Below, piece by piece: positions 8,540 to 18,803 of a stretch of DNA of 64,000 bases (position 1 is the stretch's first letter; every line of letters starts with the position of its first letter). Source of the stretch: Gaiellaceae bacterium (GTDB taxonomy: Bacteria > Actinomycetota > Thermoleophilia > Gaiellales > Gaiellaceae); NCBI GenBank assembly GCA_035601195.1, contig DATNOU010000095.1, positions 3,002 through 67,001 of the forward strand. Direction: 5' to 3'. The position numbers were made by a program, and so were the translations under genes. The notes beneath the pieces are model-generated. The model did no database searches and was not told where the DNA came from. It saw only the letters and a program-made list of their open reading frames with translations.

Positions 8540-9702
8540 GCGAGGTCTCGTAGGGCTGCGAGCACGCGATCGACCTCGTCGTGGGTGTTGTAGTGGACGA
8601 AACCGATGCGAAGCGTTCCGTCGGGCAGGCCGAGCCGTTCCATCACCTCGACGGCGTAATAGTTCCCGGGCCAGGTGGCGATGTCGCGCTCGGCCAGGCG
8701 GGCCGCGAGCTCTTCCGGGGACCTGTCGGGATGCGTGAGGGCAAACGTCGGGACGCGCCCCTCCATCGAGGGAAGGCCGTAGAAGCGGTATGGCGAAGGC
8801 AGCCCGTCGAGGAAACGCTGCCCGAGCTCGCTCTCATGCGCCTGGATCGCGTCCCAGCCGAGCGACTCCAGGTACTCGACCGCCGCCGTGAAACCGGCGA
8901 GCGACTCGTGCGACAGCGTGCCCGTCTCGAACCGGTGCGCCACAGGCTCGTCGGCGCTCGGCCGCACTTTGTAGGGCCGCCAGCGATCGACCACCTCACG
9001 GCGGGCGAAGAAGAGGCCGAGGTGCGGGCCGAAGAACTTGTACGGCGAGCAGATGAGGATGTCGGCGCCGACCGCCCCCGCGTCGATCGGCCCGTGGGGT
9101 GCGTAGTGGACGGCGTCGACCCACGCCAGCGCGCCGGCGTCGTGCGCTAGCTCCGCGATCCTCCGAACCGGGCTGATCGAGCCGACCGCATTCGATGCCC
9201 AGGGGAACGCAACGACTCGCGTCCGGGGGGACAGCTGGCGCTGGAGGTCGTCGACGTCGACGGTGCAGTCCTCTTCGTTCAGATCTGCGGAGCGGACGAC
9301 GAGGTCGAGGTCGCGGGCCAACTCGAGCCAGGGCGCGACGTTCCCGTCGTGGTCCAGGCGGGTGACGACGATCTCGTCGCCGGCTTCCAGTTCGCGGCCC
9401 AGGGTGCGCGTGAGCGCGAAGTTGAGGGTCGTCATGTTCTGGCCGAAGCCCACCTCCTCGGGTGAGGCGGCAAGGAAGCGGGCGGCGGCCTCGTGCGCGC
9501 CCTCGACCAGCGCGTCGGCACGGCGACTCGTCTCGAAGGGACCCCCGAGGTTCGCGTTGGCCTCCCGGAGGCAGCTCGCCATCGCTTCGATGACGGAGTC
9601 GGGAACCTGTGTTCCGCCTGGGCCGTCGAGGAACGCGGTCGGGGAATCCAGGGCGGAGAAGCGAGCGCGGACAGCCGCGACGTCGAGCGCGACCGTACTC
9701 AT
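8536..9702 (-). CDS. Class V aminotransferase / cysteine desulfurase-like PLP enzyme
   Basis: Sequence is typical of the cysteine desulfurase-like family (LDGPGGTQVP, ILICSPYKFFGPH, THDEVDRVLAAL). The Met at 9702 overlaps the OsmC stop (ATGA); an alternative upstream Met lies at 9729. Confidence 0.8.
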   Translation of the reverse strand: MSTVALDVAAVRARFSALDSPTAFLDGPGGTQVPDSVIEAMASCLREANANLGGPFETSRRADALVEGAHEAAARFLAASPEEVGFGQNMTTLNFALTRTLGRELEAGDEIVVTRLDHDGNVAPWLELARDLDLVVRSADLNEEDCTVDVDDLQRQLSPRTRVVAFPWASNAVGSISPVRRIAELAHDAGALAWVDAVHYAPHGPIDAGAVGADILICSPYKFFGPHLGLFFARREVVDRWRPYKVRPSADEPVAHRFETGTLSHESLAGFTAAVEYLESLGWDAIQAHESELGQRFLDGLPSPYRFYGLPSMEGRVPTFALTHPDRSPEELAARLAERDIATWPGNYYAVEVMERLGLPDGTLRIGFVHYNTHDEVDRVLAALRDLA

Positions 9703-10082
9703 CCAACTGCCTCGCCGTTGACGCGCCACTCGTAATGCGGCTCGACCGTCAGCGAGGCGCCGATGAAGCAGTCGCGCTCGGCGAGGTCGACGAGCTCGCG
9801 GATCCGACCGGCGTCAGGAGCGGGATCGAGCTGGACGTCGAGGGCGCAGTCGATGTCCGTGAAGGCGTAGCGACCGTCCTCCTCGCGCTTCGTCACGACG
9901 CCTTTTGCGGATGCGCTTCCGCTTACCGCGATCCCGGTCCGCTTGGCGTGGAAGTCGAGGGCCGTGAGCGTGCAGCGAGCGAGCCCGGCGAGGACGAGAT
10001 CCTCGGGAGCCCAGTCCTCTTCGGCATGCGGCGGCTCGCCCCAGTACTCGGTGACCGCGTGTTCGAATCGTCTCGCAGTCAC
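9699..10082 (-). CDS. OsmC/Ohr family protein
   Basis: 127 aa. The two conserved Cys contexts (GLARCTLTAL and AERDCFIGASL) and the length fit the OsmC fold. Confidence 0.7.
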   Translation of the reverse strand: MTARRFEHAVTEYWGEPPHAEEDWAPEDLVLAGLARCTLTALDFHAKRTGIAVSGSASAKGVVTKREEDGRYAFTDIDCALDVQLDPAPDAGRIRELVDLAERDCFIGASLTVEPHYEWRVNGEAVG

Positions 10083-11536
10083 TCGGGCCAGCGCGTGATG
10101 ACGACCTTCTTCTCCGTGTAGAACTCGATTGCGTCACGGCCGTGCGCATGCAGGTCGCCGAAGAACGAATCCTTCCAGCCGGTGAAAGGGAAAAACGACA
10201 TGGGCGCGGCGACACCGATGTTGACGCCGATCATGCCCGCCTGGGCCTCGTAGCGGAACTTGCGCATCGCCCCGCCCGACGTGGTGAAGATGGAGGCGGC
10301 GTTGCCCTTGGGCGAGGCGTTCATGATCTCGAGGGCGTGGTCGAGGTCGCGCGCGCGAATGAAGGTGAGGACGGGGCCGAAGATCTCCTCCTTCGCGATC
10401 TCCGCCTCCGCGTCGGCCTCGATGATCGTCGGCCCGAGGAAGTTGCCGTCATCAGAGCCCTTTCCACGGCCGTCGAGGACGAGCTCTCCGCCTTCGGCGA
10501 TTCCCTTGTCGATCCACTCGAGGATTCGTTCGAGGGCGGATCCCGAGATGATGGGTCCGACCTCGGTGTCCGGATCCGAGCCCTCGCCGACCACCATCGC
10601 CTCCCCCTTCTCTGCGAGGCGGCGCTTGAGCGGCTCGAAGGCGTCGCCCACCGCGACGCAAACCGAGTTGGCCAGGCAGCGCTGGCCGGCGGCGTGGAAG
10701 GCCGACGAGAGGACGCCGTCGACGGCGGACTCGAGCTCCGCGTCCGGCATGACGACGACGTGGTTCTTGGCCCCGCCGAGGGCCTGGACGCGCTTGCCGT
10801 GCTTCGCGGCGGTCTCGTAGATGTGGCGAGCGACCGGGGTGGATCCCACGAAGGAGACACCGTCGATACCCGGATGCTCGAGGATCGCGTTCACCGAGTC
10901 CCGTCCGCCGTTCAGTAGGTTGACGATCCCCGGGGGAAGCCCGATGCGGTCGAGCAGCTCGAACGTGAGCTCCATTGCGAGCGGGTCCTGCTCGGAAGGC
11001 TTGAGGATCATCGGATTCCCGCACGCGATCGAGAACGGCAAGAACCACATGGGCACCATGAAGGGGAAGTTGAACGGCGTGATCGCGGCGAAGACGCCGA
11101 TCGGCTGCCGGATCATGTCCGAGTCGATCCCGCGCGAGACGTCTTCGAGGTTGGCGCCCTGCATGAGCGATGGGATCCCGGTGGCCACCTCGACGCACTC
11201 GATCCCGCGCCGGATCTCGCCGGCCGCGTCCTTCGCGGCCTTGCCATTGTCCTGCGTTACGAGGCGGGCGAGATCGTCCTTGCGCTCCTCGAGGAGATAC
11301 TTGAGCTCGAAGCAGGCGCGGGCCCGCTCGAGCGGCGGGGTGGAGCGCCAGCCGGGAAAGGCCTCGCGCGCCGCGCGGACGGCGCGGTCCACGTCGGCCG
11401 GCCCCGAGAGCGGAACCTGCGCGAGGGTCTCTCCGGTCGCCGGGTTCGTGACGTCGAGGCGCTCGCTCGCCTCGGCATCGGCCCACGTCCCGCCGACGTA
11501 GTTGCGCATCGTCCTCGTCGCCGTCTCGACCGCCAT
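10079..11536 (-). CDS. mmsA: Methylmalonate-semialdehyde dehydrogenase (CoA-acylating), aldehyde dehydrogenase family
   Basis: The Met at 11536 (MAVETATRTMRNYVGGTW) is preceded by GAGGAGGA. The ALDH motifs FPFMVPMW, LKPSEQDP, FVGSTPV and GQRCLA (catalytic Cys) are present. Confidence 0.85.
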   Translation of the reverse strand: MAVETATRTMRNYVGGTWADAEASERLDVTNPATGETLAQVPLSGPADVDRAVRAAREAFPGWRSTPPLERARACFELKYLLEERKDDLARLVTQDNGKAAKDAAGEIRRGIECVEVATGIPSLMQGANLEDVSRGIDSDMIRQPIGVFAAITPFNFPFMVPMWFLPFSIACGNPMILKPSEQDPLAMELTFELLDRIGLPPGIVNLLNGGRDSVNAILEHPGIDGVSFVGSTPVARHIYETAAKHGKRVQALGGAKNHVVVMPDAELESAVDGVLSSAFHAAGQRCLANSVCVAVGDAFEPLKRRLAEKGEAMVVGEGSDPDTEVGPIISGSALERILEWIDKGIAEGGELVLDGRGKGSDDGNFLGPTIIEADAEAEIAKEEIFGPVLTFIRARDLDHALEIMNASPKGNAASIFTTSGGAMRKFRYEAQAGMIGVNIGVAAPMSFFPFTGWKDSFFGDLHAHGRDAIEFYTEKKVVITRWPE

Positions 11537-11572
11537 TGCTTCCTCCTCTTCGCTTGGGCGTAGCGTACCGCC

Positions 11573-12082
11573 GTGCCGTCGGCCGTTCCCGACATCCTCG
11601 CGCCCGGCCTGCGCATTGTCTTCTGCGGGATCAATCCAGGATTCCGCTCCGCGGCCGCGGGCGCTCACTTCGCCAACCCGCGGAACGATTTCTGGCGACT
11701 GCTCGCCGATGCCGGCCTCACGCCCCGCCTGCTCGGGCCCGAAGACCAGTGGGAGCTGCTCGAGCTCGGCTACGGCCTGACGAATGCCGCCTACCGCACG
11801 ACGAAGGGCAGTTCGGACCTTCGCCGGAGCGACTTCGCGGGGTCAGCCGAGCGACTAGGACAGATCGCGCGAGAGCTGCGGCCCCGCACCATCGCTTTCG
11901 TCGGCAAGGCGGCCTACGAGGGAGCGTTCAGAGAGCGGCCCGCCCTGGGCCGGCAAGAGCGGCGGCTCGGGGGCACGATCCTCTTCGTCCTCCCCTCGAC
12001 ATCCCCGGCGAACGCGGCGGTGCCCTACGCGGAGCGCCTGCGGTGGTTCCGCGAGCTCGCGGGAATCAGCAAAGAGCCGTGA
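11573..12082 (+). CDS. mug: G/U mismatch-specific DNA glycosylase (Mug/TDG family)
   Basis: 169 aa. GINPG, NPRNDFWRLL and LPSTSPAN are hallmark Mug motifs. The start is GTG. Confidence 0.85.
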   Translation: MPSAVPDILAPGLRIVFCGINPGFRSAAAGAHFANPRNDFWRLLADAGLTPRLLGPEDQWELLELGYGLTNAAYRTTKGSSDLRRSDFAGSAERLGQIARELRPRTIAFVGKAAYEGAFRERPALGRQERRLGGTILFVLPSTSPANAAVPYAERLRWFRELAGISKEP

Positions 12083-12169
12083 CGTTTCTCTTCGCTTTCC
12101 GCGCACCACTCACGCGGATTTCCGCTCTAGGCTGAAAGCGGGAGGAGGCGAGGGGTGGCCCCGGGCGCT

Positions 12170-13822
12170 TTAACCGCGCCATCGATTGGTGATCGGCACG
12201 CGCCGGTCGCGGCCGAACGCCTTCGGGCGCAGCTTCACGCCTGGCGGCGCCTGGCGACGCTTGTACTCGGCGCGGTCGATCATCCCGACCGCACGGTCGA
12301 CGACGTCGGCGTCGAACCCGTTCGTCGTTAGTTCCTCGCGCGACTCGTCCAGCTGGTCGGCGCGGAGCTCGGCGCTCGGAGCGCGCTCGATCACGCTCCG
12401 CAGGATCAGCTCGCGGCCCGCTCTTTCGTTCAGATATCGGGCCAGGCGAAAGACGTCCGTCTTGTAGACGTCCTTCAGAAGGGCGAACCCGCCCGCCATA
12501 TCGCCGTAGAGGGTCGCGTAGCCGACCGACAGTTCGCTCTTGTTCCCGGTCGCCAGGGGAAGCCAGCCGAACTTGTTCGACAGAGCCATCACGAGGAGGC
12601 CGCGGACTCTCGACTGGATGTTTTCTTCGGCGATGCCCGGCTCGGTTCCGGCGAACGCCTCCGCCAGCGCGGCTTCGACGGTGTCGACGATCGGCTCGAT
12701 CGGAATCTCGATGTAGCGGGCGCCGAGCGTCTCGGCGAGTCGCCGCGCGTCGGCCTGCGTCTCCTCGGACGAGTAGCGGGAAGGCATGGACACGCAGACG
12801 ACGTGCTCCGGCCCGAGAGCCTCGGCCGCGAGCGCCGCGGTCAGCGCCGAGTCGATCCCGCCGGAGACGCCGAGCACGACCTCGCGGAAATCGTTCTTCT
12901 GGACGTAGTCCCGGAGGCCCAGCTCGAGCGCGAGCCGCATCTGCTCGAGCTCGTGGAGCGGAGGAGCGACAACTGGCTTGGGCAGCTCGCCGCGGCTTTC
13001 TCGATCGGGAATGTCGATTACGGGCGGGTTCGGCATCTCCCGACGAGCCCGCGCGAGAGCGCGCCGACGGGCGTCTCGCAGCCGGCGTCCGACCGCGGTG
13101 GTCGAATCGACGTCCACGATCAGGAGCGCCTCCTCGAACGAGGGGGCGCGGGCCACGATGCGGCCCTCCTCGTCGAGAACGAGGCTGTGTCCGTCGAAGA
13201 TCAGCTCGTCCTGCGCGCCCACCGCGTTCACGAAGGCGATCCAGCAAGAGTTGTCGCGCGCCCGGGTTGCGAGCATCTCCTCGCGCTCCGCCCCTTTGCC
13301 AAGGTGGAACGGGGACGCGGAGATGTTGGCGACGATGTGCGCTCCCGCGAGCGCGAGATCGGTAGCGGGCGGCCCAGGCTGCCAAATGTCCTCGCAGACC
13401 GTCGGGCCGACGAGGGTCTCCCCGCAGCGGAGCAGGACGAGCTCGCGCCCGGGCTGGAAGTAGCGGTCCTCGTCGAAGACTCCATAGTTGGGCAGGAACT
13501 GCTTGCGATACATCGCCTTGACCTCGCCGTCGGCGCAAACCGCGCAGGCGTTGAAGAGGTCGCGGTCGAGGTGGGGGGCCCCGACGAGCGCAGCGATGCC
13601 CCTCGTCTCGGCCGCCACCGCGTCGAGCGTCTTGGCGGCCGCTCGGAGGAAACCGGGCCGCAGGAGCAGGTCCTCAGGCGGATAGCCCGTGGTCGCGAGC
13701 TCGGGGAAGAGGACGAGATCCGCGCCGGCCTCCCGCGCCTCCTCAAGGCGCGCGACGATCCGCTCGCGGTTTCCATCGAGGTCGCCAACGACGGTGTTCA
13801 TTTGTGCGAGCGCAAGCCGCAT
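12170..13822 (-). CDS. nadE: Glutamine-dependent NAD+ synthetase
   Basis: 550 aa. An N-terminal nitrilase-like CN hydrolase domain (MRLALAQMN...FPEL...CEDIW) is followed by a C-terminal NAD synthetase domain with the SGGIDS P-loop. Confidence 0.9.
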   Translation of the reverse strand: MRLALAQMNTVVGDLDGNRERIVARLEEAREAGADLVLFPELATTGYPPEDLLLRPGFLRAAAKTLDAVAAETRGIAALVGAPHLDRDLFNACAVCADGEVKAMYRKQFLPNYGVFDEDRYFQPGRELVLLRCGETLVGPTVCEDIWQPGPPATDLALAGAHIVANISASPFHLGKGAEREEMLATRARDNSCWIAFVNAVGAQDELIFDGHSLVLDEEGRIVARAPSFEEALLIVDVDSTTAVGRRLRDARRRALARARREMPNPPVIDIPDRESRGELPKPVVAPPLHELEQMRLALELGLRDYVQKNDFREVVLGVSGGIDSALTAALAAEALGPEHVVCVSMPSRYSSEETQADARRLAETLGARYIEIPIEPIVDTVEAALAEAFAGTEPGIAEENIQSRVRGLLVMALSNKFGWLPLATGNKSELSVGYATLYGDMAGGFALLKDVYKTDVFRLARYLNERAGRELILRSVIERAPSAELRADQLDESREELTTNGFDADVVDRAVGMIDRAEYKRRQAPPGVKLRPKAFGRDRRVPITNRWRG

Positions 13823-13949
13823 CAGGCGTAGTCTACCGGTTTTTGCCTCTCAGTCGAATACCCTCCCTCAAACGAGGGATTCCCTGCCAGAAAAGCGTGA
13901 CGCGGGCTTCCTCTTGTTCACGTCAGTCACTCAAAACGAAGGAGTCAGC

Positions 13950-14783
13950 GTGAACAGGCTACGGATAGTCCTGCTCGTGTCCCTCCTCGCCCTCGCCGCG
14001 GCAAGTGCGGGCCCGGCGTTCGGTCAGACAGCGGGGTTGGGGATCACGGGAGACACGAGCGCAGACGCAACAGTCGCGGATGCAGACGCGAGCGCGACGA
14101 ATGGCGACACCAATGGCACCGTCTCGACAGGCGTCGGAGACGGCAGCGCTCTGACCGCCGGCGGCTCGAGCGGCGGTACCGGCGCCACTGCCGACATCGG
14201 CTGCATCGAGGGATCTGTTACGAGCGGGGTAGCCAGCTCGTCTGCCGGCCTCGGCTTCTGCGGCGCCGGTGCGCCCGCGGGCGGCGGGGCGGACGCGGTT
14301 GCCGGGAGCGGCGACTCGAGCGGTGACGTCGCAGTGGGCTGCTTGGACGCCAACGGCACGAGCAACGGCATTACCGGCGCTGGGAGCCTCGGCTCCTGTG
14401 AGGCCTCGGGCAGCGCCGTGGACGCTGCAGCTGCCAACGGTGATACAAGCGGCAGCGCGTTCGTCGGCTGCTTGGCCGGTAGCGTCTCCGGCACGGACAC
14501 GACCGGCGCCACGAGCGCTGGCGTCTGTCGCGCCGCCGGCACCACTCCGGGGCCTGGCGAAACGCCCGGAGATGACAGCGATGCCGACGACGGCACGGGT
14601 GCCGCGGCCGGAGAGACTGCCGGCGGCAACGCCTCCCCGCAGGGAGTGCTGGGGGCAGTGGCGTCGGGCGAGCTCCCCTACACGGGTCTCCCCGTCTGGG
14701 CGGTGACACTCGCCGGGCTCTTCCTCGCCGGGCTGGGCGTGCTGTTCAGACGGCGCCGCCCGGAAATCGCGGGCGCGCTCTAG
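13950..14783 (+). CDS. Secreted low-complexity surface protein with LPxTG-type sorting signal
   Basis: The GTG start is preceded by GAAGGAG. There is a signal peptide (LLVSLLALAAASAGPAFG). The C-terminus has LPYTG, a hydrophobic span and an RRRRP tail. Confidence 0.7.
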   Translation: MNRLRIVLLVSLLALAAASAGPAFGQTAGLGITGDTSADATVADADASATNGDTNGTVSTGVGDGSALTAGGSSGGTGATADIGCIEGSVTSGVASSSAGLGFCGAGAPAGGGADAVAGSGDSSGDVAVGCLDANGTSNGITGAGSLGSCEASGSAVDAAAANGDTSGSAFVGCLAGSVSGTDTTGATSAGVCRAAGTTPGPGETPGDDSDADDGTGAAAGETAGGNASPQGVLGAVASGELPYTGLPVWAVTLAGLFLAGLGVLFRRRRPEIAGAL

Positions 14784-14790
14784 CCGGAGG

Positions 14791-16695
14791 CTAGGTTCGA
14801 ATGACCCGGAGGCGTTCGACCTCGTCGAGCGCCTCCGGGTTCTCCACCGACGAGAGGTCGCCCGGATCCTGGCCGAGCAGGGCGGCTCGAACGGCGCGGC
14901 GGACGATCTTGGCGCTTCGCGTCTTCGGGAGCGCGGATACGAACACGACGCGCTCCGGCTTGAACGCCTTCCCGAGCTCCCGCGCCGCGCAGTCGGCGAC
15001 CTCGGAGGCGAGGCCGTCACCGGGGTCCTGACCGGGTTTCAGGACGCAGAAGACCCAGGCCACCTCGCCCTTCACCTCGTGGGGCACGCCCACAGCGGCC
15101 GCCTCGGAGACGGACGGATGAGCCACCACCGCCGATTCGATCTCTGCGGGGCCGATTCGTTTGCCCGCGATGTTGAGGGTGTCGTCGCTGCGCCCGTGCA
15201 GGAACCAGTAGCCGTCCTCGTCGACGGAGGCCCAGTCCCCGTGCACCCAGACGCCGGGCAGTCGCCGCCAGTATGTGTCGAGGTAGCGCTCGGGATCGCG
15301 CCAGAAGCCACGTGTCATCCCGGGGAACGGCTTGCGGCAGACGAGCTCGCCGACGTCGCCCGTGCCGACGAGCGACCTGCCTTCCGCATCGACCACGTCC
15401 ATCGCCATGCCGAGGGCCGGGCCTCCGAGCGAACACGTCTTGATCGGGATCGCCGGCGTGGGCGAGAGGAAGCAGGCGCCTACCTCCGTCCCACCGGAGC
15501 AGTTGATGATCGGACAGCGGCCGCCGCCAACCTGCTCGAAGAGCCATCTGTATGGATCCGGGTTCCACGGCTCGCCGGTCGTCACGATCGTGCGCAGGGA
15601 GGAGAGATCGGCCTCGGGGTTGCCATGAGGGAGGAGCGCGCGAATGATGGTCGGTGAACAGCCGAGGATCGTCGCGCGCTCGCGCTCGATCAGCCGCCAG
15701 AGCCGGTCGGCCGGCTGGTCGGGCGCTCCCTCGGAGAAGATGAGGCGGCAGCCCAGCGCGCCCCCGCCGACGACCGTCCAAGGGCCCATGATCCAGCCCA
15801 TGTCCGTGGCGAAGAGGATGACGTCGTCCTCGTGCCCGTCGGCCTGGTAAGCGACCTCGCGGGTGATCGAGACTAGGAAGCCACCCTGCACGTGGACGAC
15901 TCCCTTGGGCTTCCCGGTCGTGCCTGACGTGTAGGTGAGCAGGTAGGGATGCTCGGAGTCGACCTCAAGCGGAGGCAGCGTGCCAGGGCCGAGCTCGGCT
16001 CCGTCCCAGGATCCGTCCGAGCGCGACCAGGTGACGACGTGCTCAACCGAGGGAGCCTCCTTCGCCGCCTCCTCGGCGGTTGTGCGCATGTCCAGCCACT
16101 TGGCACGCCGAAGCGAACGGTCGGCGGTGACGATCACCTTGGCCTCGGAGTCCTGGAGGCGCTGCGCGACTGCGGGAGCCGCAAAGCCCGAGAAGATGGG
16201 TACCTGCACGGCGCCGATGTGGGCGCATGCGTGCGAGGCGACCGCGACCTCGGGGCACATCGGCATGTAGATGGCCACGCGGTCGCCGGGCTCGACGCCA
16301 AGCGCGGTCAGACCCTCGGCGAGACGCGTGACAGCCCGGGAGAGCTCCCTGAACGTCCACTCCCGCCGCTCACCGTCCTCGCCGGCGAAGACCGCGCCTA
16401 CGTCGGCGGGCCGCCGCTCAGCCCAGCGGTGGACGCAATTCCAGGCCAGGTTGAGCTTCCCGCCCACGAACCAGGTAGCCCATTCGGGGCCCTTCGAGAG
16501 ATCGGCGACGCGGTCCCACGGCTGCGAGAACTCGAGCCCCAGGTCCTCGATCGCCGCCGGCCAGAACCAGTCTGGATCCTCCTGCGAGCGGCGCTGCAGC
16601 TCCCAGTAGTCCTCGAATCCGTGCCGGCGCATGAGGCGCACGACGTTGGCCCTTTCGAGCGCTTCCGCAGAGGGTTTCCACACGATTTCGGGCAT
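14791..16695 (-). CDS. AMP-forming acyl-CoA synthetase (acetate-CoA ligase family)
   Basis: 634 aa. AMP-binding motifs YTSGTTGKPKGV, GEPWNP and DEDGYWFLHGRSDD are present, together with an ACS-like N-terminal domain. Confidence 0.85.
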   Translation of the reverse strand: MPEIVWKPSAEALERANVVRLMRRHGFEDYWELQRRSQEDPDWFWPAAIEDLGLEFSQPWDRVADLSKGPEWATWFVGGKLNLAWNCVHRWAERRPADVGAVFAGEDGERREWTFRELSRAVTRLAEGLTALGVEPGDRVAIYMPMCPEVAVASHACAHIGAVQVPIFSGFAAPAVAQRLQDSEAKVIVTADRSLRRAKWLDMRTTAEEAAKEAPSVEHVVTWSRSDGSWDGAELGPGTLPPLEVDSEHPYLLTYTSGTTGKPKGVVHVQGGFLVSITREVAYQADGHEDDVILFATDMGWIMGPWTVVGGGALGCRLIFSEGAPDQPADRLWRLIERERATILGCSPTIIRALLPHGNPEADLSSLRTIVTTGEPWNPDPYRWLFEQVGGGRCPIINCSGGTEVGACFLSPTPAIPIKTCSLGGPALGMAMDVVDAEGRSLVGTGDVGELVCRKPFPGMTRGFWRDPERYLDTYWRRLPGVWVHGDWASVDEDGYWFLHGRSDDTLNIAGKRIGPAEIESAVVAHPSVSEAAAVGVPHEVKGEVAWVFCVLKPGQDPGDGLASEVADCAARELGKAFKPERVVFVSALPKTRSAKIVRRAVRAALLGQDPGDLSSVENPEALDEVERLRVIRT

Positions 16696-16746
16696 GTGGC
16701 TCCAGTCTACGGTTGTGCTAACTTAGCCCGTACTAACTTCTAGGAG

Positions 16747-18186
16747 GTGCTCATGAAGGCGAGGATCCTGGCTCCGGAGAACCGCAAATGGTGGACGCTC
16801 GGCGCAGTCGCGTTCGGGCTCTTCATGATCATGCTCGACAACACGATCGTGAATGTCGCGCTCCCTGCCATCCAGCGCGACCTCCACATCGGCATCTCCG
16901 AGCTCGAGTGGGTCTTCAATGGCTATGCGCTCACCTTCGGCGTGCTCATGCTGACGGGCGGGAAGCTGGCCGATCTTCTGGGCCGCCGCCGGATATTCAT
17001 CGTCGGCCTCGTCGTCTTCACGGCGGCTTCCCTGGCCTGCGGTCTCGCGTCCAGCGCGGGCTTTCTCATCGGAGCGCGCGTCGTGCAGGGCGTGGGATCG
17101 GCGCTGATGAACCCCGCCACGCTTTCCATCATCACCGCCACGTTCCCGCCGCGGCAGCGGGGCATGGCAATCGGGGTCTGGGCTGGAGTCGCCGCCTTGG
17201 CGCTCGCGATCGGCCCGCTCGTTGGTGGCTTGATCACGCAGCACATCAGCTGGAACTGGATCTTCTTCATCAACGTCCCGGTCGGCATCCTCGCGATCAT
17301 CGTCACGAGGGTCGTGGTCGACGAATCCCGCGACACTTCGGCCAACCAGCGGCTCGACCTGCCGGGCTTGCTTTCCTCCGCCGTCGCGCTCTTCGCGCTC
17401 ACGTACGGGCTGATCGAGGCGAACAAGTACGGCTGGACGTCGGGACGGATCCTGGGGCTCTTCGTGGTGGCGGTCGTCGGACTCGTCGTGTTCGTCGCGC
17501 TCGAGCTTCGTCAGCGGGCGCCCATGCTCGACCTTTCCCTGTTCAAGAACGGGACCTTCGCCGGTGCCAACTCCGTCATGTTGCTCGTCGGTCTGGCGAT
17601 GTTCGGCGTCTTCTTCTACAACTCGCTGTTCATCCAGAACATCATGGGGTACTCGGCGGTGCAGACCGGCGCCACGTTCCTGCCCATGACGGGGTTGATC
17701 ATCCTCGTCGCGCCGGTGGCCGGGAGGTTCTCGGATCGCGTGGGCTCCCGGTGGATGATGGGTGGAGGCATGGTGCTGCTCTCGCTCTCGCTCTTCATCT
17801 TCTCGCGCCTCGATGCGAGCTCGAACTTCTGGGACCTCCTCCCAGGGCTGATCGTGGGCGGATTCGGGATGGGCTTGGTGATGACGCCGACGACGGCCGC
17901 CGCGATGGGTTCCGTCGCTGTCGACAAGGCGGGCGTCGGCTCGGCCGTTCTGAACAGCATGCGCCAGGTAGGCGGTTCGCTCGGAATCGCAGTCATGGGG
18001 GCGATCGTCGCTTCCGAGGCTCACGCCCCTCCGGGCACTCCGCAAGCCGCCGCGGAGTTCGTGACCGGCTTCCAGCACGCGCTCGTCGTCGCCTCGCTCA
18101 TCGCGCTTGCCGGCGCGGTCCTCGCCGTGGCCACTGTGCGCAAGTACCGCCACCTAGAGGCGCCCGCCGTGGAGGCTGCTGCTTGA
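16747..18186 (+). CDS. MFS transporter, DHA2 (EmrB/QacA, 14-TMS) family
   Basis: 479 aa and highly hydrophobic. The DHA2 signature LDNTIVNVALPAI and motif GKLADLLGRRRIF are present. Confidence 0.85.
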   Translation: MLMKARILAPENRKWWTLGAVAFGLFMIMLDNTIVNVALPAIQRDLHIGISELEWVFNGYALTFGVLMLTGGKLADLLGRRRIFIVGLVVFTAASLACGLASSAGFLIGARVVQGVGSALMNPATLSIITATFPPRQRGMAIGVWAGVAALALAIGPLVGGLITQHISWNWIFFINVPVGILAIIVTRVVVDESRDTSANQRLDLPGLLSSAVALFALTYGLIEANKYGWTSGRILGLFVVAVVGLVVFVALELRQRAPMLDLSLFKNGTFAGANSVMLLVGLAMFGVFFYNSLFIQNIMGYSAVQTGATFLPMTGLIILVAPVAGRFSDRVGSRWMMGGGMVLLSLSLFIFSRLDASSNFWDLLPGLIVGGFGMGLVMTPTTAAAMGSVAVDKAGVGSAVLNSMRQVGGSLGIAVMGAIVASEAHAPPGTPQAAAEFVTGFQHALVVASLIALAGAVLAVATVRKYRHLEAPAVEAAA

Positions 18187-18794
18187 GCACCACGCGCCTC
18201 CCCGCGGAGGAGCGGCGAGCTGCGCTGCTCGAGACGGCTTGCAGGCTCTTTTCCGAGGGCAGCTACCGCGGGACGACCACGGCCGACATTGCCCGAGAGG
18301 CCGGTGTGACCGAGCCCGTCCTCTACCGCCATTTCGACTCCAAGCGGGACCTCTATCTGGCCTGCCTCGAGGCGACCTGGGCCGGAGTCCGCGCCATGTG
18401 GGAGGAGGCCATCGCCGCGGAGCAGGATCCGTCGCTCTGGGTCGCGACGATGGGTCGCTCCTTCATCGAGTCCGAGGCGGAACGGCCGGTCATCTCCAAC
18501 CTGTGGGTGCAGGCGATAGCCGAAGGGAGCGAGGACGCCGTCATCGGCGCTTACATGAAGGAGCACATGCGGGAGGTGCACGCCTATACCGTGGCTGTGA
18601 TCAGGCGGGCGCAGGAGACGGGCGGGATCGAGGCCGAACGCGATCCCGACGCCGAAGCGTGGATCTTCATTGCTCTCGGGCTCCTGACCATGGCCGATCG
18701 GGTCCTGGACGGAGTCATGCGCGAGAGCTGGCCGGCAATCCGGGCCTCGCGCCTCCGCTGGATGACGGGGCGCGATCCAGGGCCGTTGGTCTGA
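18183..18794 (+). CDS. TetR family transcriptional regulator
   Basis: The TTG start at 18183 overlaps the MFS stop. The N-terminal HTH is GYRGTTTADIAREAGVTEPVLYRHFDSKRDLY. The frame is the 3' part of the long 16788..18794 ORF. Confidence 0.8.
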   Translation: MSTTRLPAEERRAALLETACRLFSEGSYRGTTTADIAREAGVTEPVLYRHFDSKRDLYLACLEATWAGVRAMWEEAIAAEQDPSLWVATMGRSFIESEAERPVISNLWVQAIAEGSEDAVIGAYMKEHMREVHAYTVAVIRRAQETGGIEAERDPDAEAWIFIALGLLTMADRVLDGVMRESWPAIRASRLRWMTGRDPGPLV

Positions 18795-18803
18795 ATTCGG
18801 TAT

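Noticed and set aside
16788-18182. First ~465 codons of the 668-aa ORF 16788..18794, overlapping the MFS transporter gene in another frame
   Set aside because: The sequence is Arg/Pro/Gly-rich and non-protein-like, typical of off-frame ORFs in high-GC DNA. Only the last ~200 codons (the TetR regulator, TTG 18183) look real. The MFS frame has clear transporter motifs.
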